Assembly: GCA_963422205.2 (NCBI GenBank)
Contig: CAXMWX010000004.1
Location: 1 to 37,612, forward strand
From: Gammaproteobacteria bacterium
GTDB taxonomy: Bacteria; Pseudomonadota; Gammaproteobacteria; Eutrophobiales; Eutrophobiaceae
DNA length: 37,612 nucleotides
Direction: 5' to 3'
The position numbers and the translations under genes were made by a program. Of this stretch, positions 31,880-37,612 are shown piece by piece (positions within the stretch are counted from its first letter, which is position 1; every line of letters begins with the position of its first letter). The notes below the pieces were generated by a model, which did no database searches, was not told where the DNA came from, and saw only the letters and a list, made by a program, of their open reading frames with translations.

Positions 31880-31991
31880 AGCCCGCCTGGCGTGGCAGCG
31901 GGCATGGATGTGCCGAAGTGGTTGGCAGTCGGCGACAGGATCGATGCGACTATTGAGCAGCTGGGTACGCTGACCACGTATATTGTTTAGG
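31880..31991 (+). repeat. 112-bp direct repeat, copy 2
   Basis: Matches 29661-29772. Confidence 0.97.
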
Positions 31992-32170
31992 GGATGTTCT
32001 CTGGTCGCATGATTGGGCGGTGAATGGTGTGATGCCATCGCTTGCCTTTTTCTAGGGAGAGTGCGAGCAGGCTCGGTTTTAATTATGCGAGTGCCAGGCG
32101 GGCTGCCATTGAAAATGCGCTTGAAATCGGTCAGTATCTGACCCTTGGCTACTAGCCTTATGGTGAAAAC

Positions 32171-34123
32171 ATGCTCGATATGAAAATTTCAACGATTCTT
32201 GACCACATTGATAGCGGACATATCGCTCTCCCTGAATTTCAGCGGGGCTATGTCTGGAATCGTAATCAGGTGCGCGGTCTATTTGACTCACTCTATCGTC
32301 GGCACCCGGTTGGCGGGCTTCTTATCTGGGCAACGGAGTCGAAGGGGGCGATTCACCGTGGTTATGGTAAACTCGCCGCTGGCATCGTTAAGCTTTTGCT
32401 TGATGGCCAGCAGCGCATGACTTCGCTTTACGGCGTCCTACGGGGCAGGCCGCCGAAGTTTTTTGATGGCAATGCAGAGACTTTTACGGGCTTGCGCTTT
32501 CATCTTGAACGCGAAGAGTTCTCCTTCTACCAGCCGCTCAAGATGAAGGACGATCCACTTTGGATCGATGTCACCGAGCTGATGAAGAGAGGGACGGAAG
32601 GTCTCGGTGGTAATGTTTCGGCTTTGACGGCCAATCCGGAACTCGCGCCCAGGATTGGCGACTATTTCGGCAGACTTAGCAAACTGCTCGGGATCAGAGA
32701 CATCGGTCTTCACATTGAAGAAGTGACTGGCGCTGACAAAACTATCGATACCGTTGTTGATATTTTTAACCGTGTCAATAGCAGTGGCACTACACTCAAG
32801 CAGGGTGATTTGGCGCTGGCGAAGATCTGCTCGGATTGGCCGCAAGCGCGCAACGAGATGAAGGCCAGGCTGCAAGAATGGAATAATGCGGGTTATCATT
32901 TCGATCTGAACTGGCTACTTCGATCCGTAAACGCCGTTCTGACCGGCGAAGCTGATTTTCGGTTCCTGCATGACAAAAACGCTGATGAGATTCAGGACGG
33001 TCTCACGCGTACAAGCAAGCATATTGACGATTGCATCAACATGATTGCTGGCAGGCTTGGTTTAGATCATGGTCAAGTGCTGTTTGGTCATTTCTCCATC
33101 CCAGTTATGGCCCGGTATCTTGACCAGCATAGTGGGGCGATGGATCAGCAGGAGCGCGACAAGATCCTCTTCTGGTTCGTGCAAGCTGGCATGTGGGGTC
33201 GCTTCTCCGGGTCGAGTGCAACCACCCTTGATCAGGACCTTGCTGCTCTCGAAGGTGAGAGAGGCGGGCTGGATGCGCTTTTAGAGCAGTTGCGGCTTTG
33301 GCATGGGGCGCTTCGCGTTGAGCCCGGTCACTTTACTGGCTGGAGTCTCGGCGCGCGTTTCTATCCGGTGCTGTACCTCCTGACCCGTATGGGTGAGGCG
33401 AGGGACTGGGGTACGGGTCTCCCGCTGAAGGCAGATCTGCTCGGAAGGAATAGTCGACTGGAAGTGCATCATATATTCCCCAAGGCGCAACTCTACAGGC
33501 GCGACTTCAAGAAACAGCAAGTCAATGCGCTGGCAAACTACTGCTTTTTGACCAAGAATACAAATCTTTACATACGTGATCGTTTGCCGGAAGAGTACTT
33601 CCCCGAAGTGGAAGAAACCCATCCTGGCGCACTTGTCTCGCAGTGGGTACCGAGTGATCCGATGCTTTGGAAGGTTGAAAACTTTCTGGATTTTCTTGAA
33701 GCGCGCAAGGTACTTTTGGCTGAGGAGATGAACGCGTGCATGGCCGAGCTGCTCCACGGTGAAACCCGCTGGCTTGAAGGTACACCAGCCTCGGTGCCGG
33801 CCGCCGTATCGATGGTAGGTGGCATCGCAAGTGAAGAGGAAGAGGAACAACTCAGAGCGCTCAACCACTGGGTTGAGGATAGGGGGCTACCGCACGGCGC
33901 GCTTTCCTATGATTTTTCCGATCCCGATACCGGTCAGCAGCGTGCCGTCTTTGATGTGGCTTGGCCCTATGGAGTCCAAGAGGGACTTACGGAGCCGGTG
34001 GCCGTACTTATCAATGAGAGCGAAGAGGCGCTCGCCATCGCCAGCCAGGCCGGTTTCAGGTGCTTTGCTTCTGCCGATAGTTTCAAGCGTTACATAGAAA
34101 CAGAGATTCTGACTCAGGAATAG
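32171..34123 (+). CDS. DUF262 (ParB/Srx-like) plus HNH-like protein, GmrSD/Type IV restriction-related
   Basis: LPEFQRGYVW, LLDGQQRMTSL, IFNRVNSSG; EVHHIFPK...NALANYCFL...N; extra C-terminal domain. Confidence 0.82.
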   Translation: MLDMKISTILDHIDSGHIALPEFQRGYVWNRNQVRGLFDSLYRRHPVGGLLIWATESKGAIHRGYGKLAAGIVKLLLDGQQRMTSLYGVLRGRPPKFFDGNAETFTGLRFHLEREEFSFYQPLKMKDDPLWIDVTELMKRGTEGLGGNVSALTANPELAPRIGDYFGRLSKLLGIRDIGLHIEEVTGADKTIDTVVDIFNRVNSSGTTLKQGDLALAKICSDWPQARNEMKARLQEWNNAGYHFDLNWLLRSVNAVLTGEADFRFLHDKNADEIQDGLTRTSKHIDDCINMIAGRLGLDHGQVLFGHFSIPVMARYLDQHSGAMDQQERDKILFWFVQAGMWGRFSGSSATTLDQDLAALEGERGGLDALLEQLRLWHGALRVEPGHFTGWSLGARFYPVLYLLTRMGEARDWGTGLPLKADLLGRNSRLEVHHIFPKAQLYRRDFKKQQVNALANYCFLTKNTNLYIRDRLPEEYFPEVEETHPGALVSQWVPSDPMLWKVENFLDFLEARKVLLAEEMNACMAELLHGETRWLEGTPASVPAAVSMVGGIASEEEEEQLRALNHWVEDRGLPHGALSYDFSDPDTGQQRAVFDVAWPYGVQEGLTEPVAVLINESEEALAIASQAGFRCFASADSFKRYIETEILTQE

Positions 34124-34174
34124 GATGCGTGGACAACGGCAAACCAACGCCTGATGCAATAGAGGAAAAACAAC

Positions 34175-35443
34175 ATGACAAACAAACACCTCATCGATCA
34201 GGCGATCACCGAAATCGACCGTGAACGCCTGGTAAAACTGGTGATGGATCTGGTAGACATCCCCAGCCCCACCGGCTATGAGGGCGAGGTCGCGCGCGCC
34301 CTGCATGAGATACAAAAAGAATACGGGTTTGATTCGGTGTTACAGCCGGTCGGTGATGATCGCTACAATGCGGTCGGGCGCTTGCAGGGCCAGGGTGGTG
34401 GCAAGTCGCTGATGTTTAACGGCCACCTCGACACCTCGTTCGGCCCGGAGCAGGCGCATCGCGGCATCGGCTATGAGTGCAAGGCCACCTTGATCGATGA
34501 TGAATGGATCTACGGCATGGGCTCGTTCAACATGAAGAGCGCGATGGGTACCTACCTGATTGCCAGCGATGCGATTGCCAGGGCCGGCATCAAACTGGGC
34601 GGCGATCTGGTGATCGCCGGGGTGGCCGGTGAGATCGAAAAATCACCAGTCAACGACCACGAAGGCCCGCAATACCAGGGCTATGGTGTTGGCACCAAAT
34701 ACGCCATCACGCATGGTGCGATCGCCGATTACTGTGTGCTGGGCGAGCCGACCAACATGATGTTGATCCCGCGCCATTGCGGCAGTTGCTGGGTTAAGAT
34801 CACCGTGCCGGGCCGCCTCATCCACACCGCCTGGTCGGATGTCGACAGCAACGCCATCAACAAGGCGCGGCGTGTGCTGGATGCCATCCACGACTGGATC
34901 CCCGATTATCTGGCGCGCAATACCCTGGCCGATGGTTTCCAGCCCAGGGTCAATGTATCGGCAATCGAAGGCGGCTGGTCGTGGCGCGGCGCCCGCACGC
35001 CGGATAACTGCGTGATCTACATGGATGTGCGGACGCTGCCGGAGGCGCTGCCGCTCACCGCATATAACGAGGTACGGGCGCTGATCGATGCGCTGGTTGC
35101 CGATAACCCTGATCTGCAAGGCACCCGGGTTGAACCTTTTATGACCACGCCGGGCACGTCCATCCCGGAGGATCATGAATTGGTGCAATACATCATCCAG
35201 GCGCATACCGACCAGCTGGGCGCTGCGCCGGCGCTCGGGGCGGAGGTCTGGATGTCGGATGCAGCGCACATGAATCGCTACGGCATCCCGACTGTCAACT
35301 ACGGCTCGGCCGGGCGCATTCGCACGGGCGGCGGCGGTTTCTCTACGCATCAGGGCGAGGCGGCGCACATCGGCGACATGCTGGACATCATCAAGGTCTA
35401 TATCCAGCTCATCATCACGATTTGCGGTGCAGCCAAGGCATAG
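34175..35443 (+). CDS. M20/ArgE-DapE family metallo-amidohydrolase
   Basis: IPSPTGYE, LMFNGHLDT, IYGMGSFNMKS, GEIE, GEPT, SDAAH. Confidence 0.85.
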   Translation: MTNKHLIDQAITEIDRERLVKLVMDLVDIPSPTGYEGEVARALHEIQKEYGFDSVLQPVGDDRYNAVGRLQGQGGGKSLMFNGHLDTSFGPEQAHRGIGYECKATLIDDEWIYGMGSFNMKSAMGTYLIASDAIARAGIKLGGDLVIAGVAGEIEKSPVNDHEGPQYQGYGVGTKYAITHGAIADYCVLGEPTNMMLIPRHCGSCWVKITVPGRLIHTAWSDVDSNAINKARRVLDAIHDWIPDYLARNTLADGFQPRVNVSAIEGGWSWRGARTPDNCVIYMDVRTLPEALPLTAYNEVRALIDALVADNPDLQGTRVEPFMTTPGTSIPEDHELVQYIIQAHTDQLGAAPALGAEVWMSDAAHMNRYGIPTVNYGSAGRIRTGGGGFSTHQGEAAHIGDMLDIIKVYIQLIITICGAAKA

Positions 35444-37612
35444 ATGGACGCCATCACTGACAGCATTGCCCACAGTATCACCCGGGCTGAACAGGGCGAG
35501 CGGCTGGGGCCGACAGACAGCCTTGCCCTCGCCGATGCCACCGATCTGCCGGCCCTGATGGCCGCCGCACGGGGGTTACGGGATGGTGCTTACCCTGAGA
35601 CGATCACATACTCGCCGAAGGTGTTTATACCGCTTACCCGGCTGTGCCGCGATGTCTGTCATTATTGCACCTTTGCCCGGACACCGGAAAAAGCGGCCGC
35701 GGCCTATCTGTCGGCGGGCGAGGTGCTGACCATTGCCGAAGCGGGCCGGGCGGCGGGTTGTCACGAGGTGTTGTTCACCCTGGGCGACAAGCCGGAGTTG
35801 CGCTATCAGGCCGCCCGTGATGAATTGGCCGCGCTGGGCCATGCCAGCACCTTGTCCTACCTGATAGCCATGGCGCAGCGGGTGATGGATGAGACCGGCC
35901 TGCTGCCGCATGTCAACCCCGGGGTCGTCAGCCAGCCCGAGGCAGAGGCATTAAAAGGCGTCTCGGCATCGCAGGGGCTGATGCTGGAGAGCAGTGCGGT
36001 GCGGCTGACCGAACCGGGCGGGCCGCATTATGGCTCGCCGGACAAACACCCCGCCGTCCGTCTGGCCAGCCTGGCGGCGGCTGGGGCGGCGCGGGTGCCG
36101 GTCACCTCCGGTATTCTGATCGGCATTGGTGAGACCCGGCGCGAGCGTATTGAATCGCTGCTGCTCTTGCGCGAACTGCATGAAGCGCATGGGCATATCC
36201 AGGAGCTCATCATCCAGAATTTCACGCCCAAGCCGGGCACCAAGATGCAGCATGCCGCAGCGCCCGACCGGGAAGAGTTGCTCTGGAGCATTGCCGTTGC
36301 GCGGCTGATCTTCGGCGGTGATATGAGCATCCAGGCGCCATCGAACCTGAGCGCAAACGCCCTGCCGGCGTTAATCGCCGCGGGCATCAACGACTGGGGC
36401 GGCGTATCGCCCGTCACGCCGGACTATGTCAATCCCAAAGAACCCTGGCCGCAGCTTGCGCGCATCCGGCAGGTCACCGAGGCGGCGGGCAAACAACTCG
36501 TGCCGCGGCTGCCGGTCTACCCGCACTATGTGAGGGCGTCCGGCATTTGGCTGGATGAGCAGGTGTACAGGCGGGTGTTGCAGCACAGCGATGCGGCGGG
36601 TTATGCCCGTACCGATGGCTGGCATCCCGGCAGTGAGGCGGCGATTCCGTTCGCCTTGCCCGCCCCCGGCCCGGCGCCCGCTATCAAGCCGGCCCTGCAT
36701 GCCCTCATTGACCAGGCCGCTTCGGGTGTGCGGCTGACCGAGCAGCAGATAGTCACCCTGTTCAGTGTGCATGGCCGCCATCTGCATTACCTGTGTACGG
36801 CGGCGGATGGCCTGCGGGCGGAGACCTGTGGCGATACCGTGACCTATGTCGTCAATCGCAATATCAATTACACCAATATCTGCTATTTCGGCTGTGGTTT
36901 TTGTGCTTTTTCCAAGGGGCGGGTCGCTGAGAACCTGCGTGAGCGCGGCTATAACATTTCACTGGCCGATATTCAGCAGCGTGTCACCGATGCCTGGGAG
37001 CGGGGCGCCACTGAAGTCTGCCTGCAGGGCGGCATCCATCCTGATTACCGCGGTGAGACCTACCTGGCGATTGCCCGGGCCGTCAAACAGGCCCGGCCGG
37101 AGATCCACCTGCACGCCTTCTCGCCGCTGGAAGTCTCTCACGGTGCCCGCACCGCCGGGGTATCGGTGGATGAGTTTCTGCACACACTGAAGGCCGCCGG
37201 GCTGGACACCCTGCCTGGCACGGCGGCTGAGATTCTGGATGATGAGATACGGCAGATTATCTGTGCCGACAAGCTCAACACCAGCGACTGGCTGGCGGTG
37301 ATGCGTAGCGCCCACCGTCAGGGCCTGACCACAACGGCCACGATCATGTTCGGTCATGTAGAACGCCCGATACACTGGGCGCGACACCTGCTGCGTATTC
37401 GTGATTTGCAGGCTGAGACCGGCGGTTTTACCGAATTTGTGCCGCTGCCTTACGTACACATGCAGGCACCGCTGTACAAAAAAGGCCGCAGCCGCCCGGG
37501 CCCGACGTTTCGCGAGACCCTGCTCATGCACGCGGTGGCGCGGCTCGCCCTGCATCCGCTGATCAGGAACATTCAGGCCTCCTGGGTCAAGCTGGGCATG
37601 GCGGGGGTGATG
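35444..37612 (+). CDS. fbiC: Bifunctional FO synthase CofG-CofH (partial, runs off the window)
   Basis: Translated by hand from ATG 35444: TYSPKVFIPLTRLCRDVCHYCTF and, in the same frame near 36840, VTYVVNRNINYTNICYFGCGFCAF, i.e. two radical-SAM CxxxCxxC motifs; absent from the ORF track because there is no stop. Confidence 0.95.
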   Translation, partial: MDAITDSIAHSITRAEQGERLGPTDSLALADATDLPALMAAARGLRDGAYPETITYSPKVFIPLTRLCRDVCHYCTFARTPEKAAAAYLSAGEVLTIAEAGRAAGCHEVLFTLGDKPELRYQAARDELAALGHASTLSYLIAMAQRVMDETGLLPHVNPGVVSQPEAEALKGVSASQGLMLESSAVRLTEPGGPHYGSPDKHPAVRLASLAAAGAARVPVTSGILIGIGETRRERIESLLLLRELHEAHGHIQELIIQNFTPKPGTKMQHAAAPDREELLWSIAVARLIFGGDMSIQAPSNLSANALPALIAAGINDWGGVSPVTPDYVNPKEPWPQLARIRQVTEAAGKQLVPRLPVYPHYVRASGIWLDEQVYRRVLQHSDAAGYARTDGWHPGSEAAIPFALPAPGPAPAIKPALHALIDQAASGVRLTEQQIVTLFSVHGRHLHYLCTAADGLRAETCGDTVTYVVNRNINYTNICYFGCGFCAFSKGRVAENLRERGYNISLADIQQRVTDAWERGATEVCLQGGIHPDYRGETYLAIARAVKQARPEIHLHAFSPLEVSHGARTAGVSVDEFLHTLKAAGLDTLPGTAAEILDDEIRQIICADKLNTSDWLAVMRSAHRQGLTTTATIMFGHVERPIHWARHLLRIRDLQAETGGFTEFVPLPYVHMQAPLYKKGRSRPGPTFRETLLMHAVARLALHPLIRNIQASWVKLGMAGVM

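Noticed and set aside
31666-31977. Minus-strand 103-aa ORF and a full-length 132-aa reading of 31575-31973
   Set aside because: Both cross the insertion junction and translate the duplicated FAH end out of frame or antisense
29661-31991. Prophage/ICE attL-attR pair or IS target-site duplication
   Set aside because: No integrase, transposase or terminal inverted repeats; 112 bp is far longer than an IS target duplication

Overview
GC-rich chromosomal segment from a diderm bacterium (TonB-dependent receptor, E. coli-type two-domain cytidine deaminase and a RutR regulon point to a proteobacterium, probably gamma; this is inference). From 0.2-12 kb: pyrimidine nucleoside salvage and catabolism (cdd, nupC, cytochrome P450, upp; rbsK and a nucleoside hydrolase; RutR with an operator; beta-ureidopropionase-like nitrilase, hydA, TonB receptor). 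No dihydropyrimidine dehydrogenase gene is in view. From 12-15.5 kb: three unrelated genes. From 15.7 kb to the end: a deazaflavin (F420/FO)-linked catabolic region (npdG, cofC, CoxG-fused molybdenum hydroxylase L/S/M, LLM-class oxidoreductase, FAH-family hydrolase, M20 amidohydrolase, and an fbiC that runs off the window and is missing from the ORF track). Three restriction/defence inserts interrupt it. (1) A nuclease-methyltransferase fusion, RhuM and an HsdS. The HsdS is followed by an attC-like site, a cassette-like ORF and a 5'-truncated alternative HsdS half sharing a 147-bp direct repeat. (2) A low-GC Type II R-M pair bracketed by a 112-bp duplication of the FAH gene 3' end. (3) A DUF262/HNH (GmrSD-like) gene. 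No CRISPR array, tRNA, rRNA, integrase or transposase was seen. All calls come from motifs read by eye, with no database searches.
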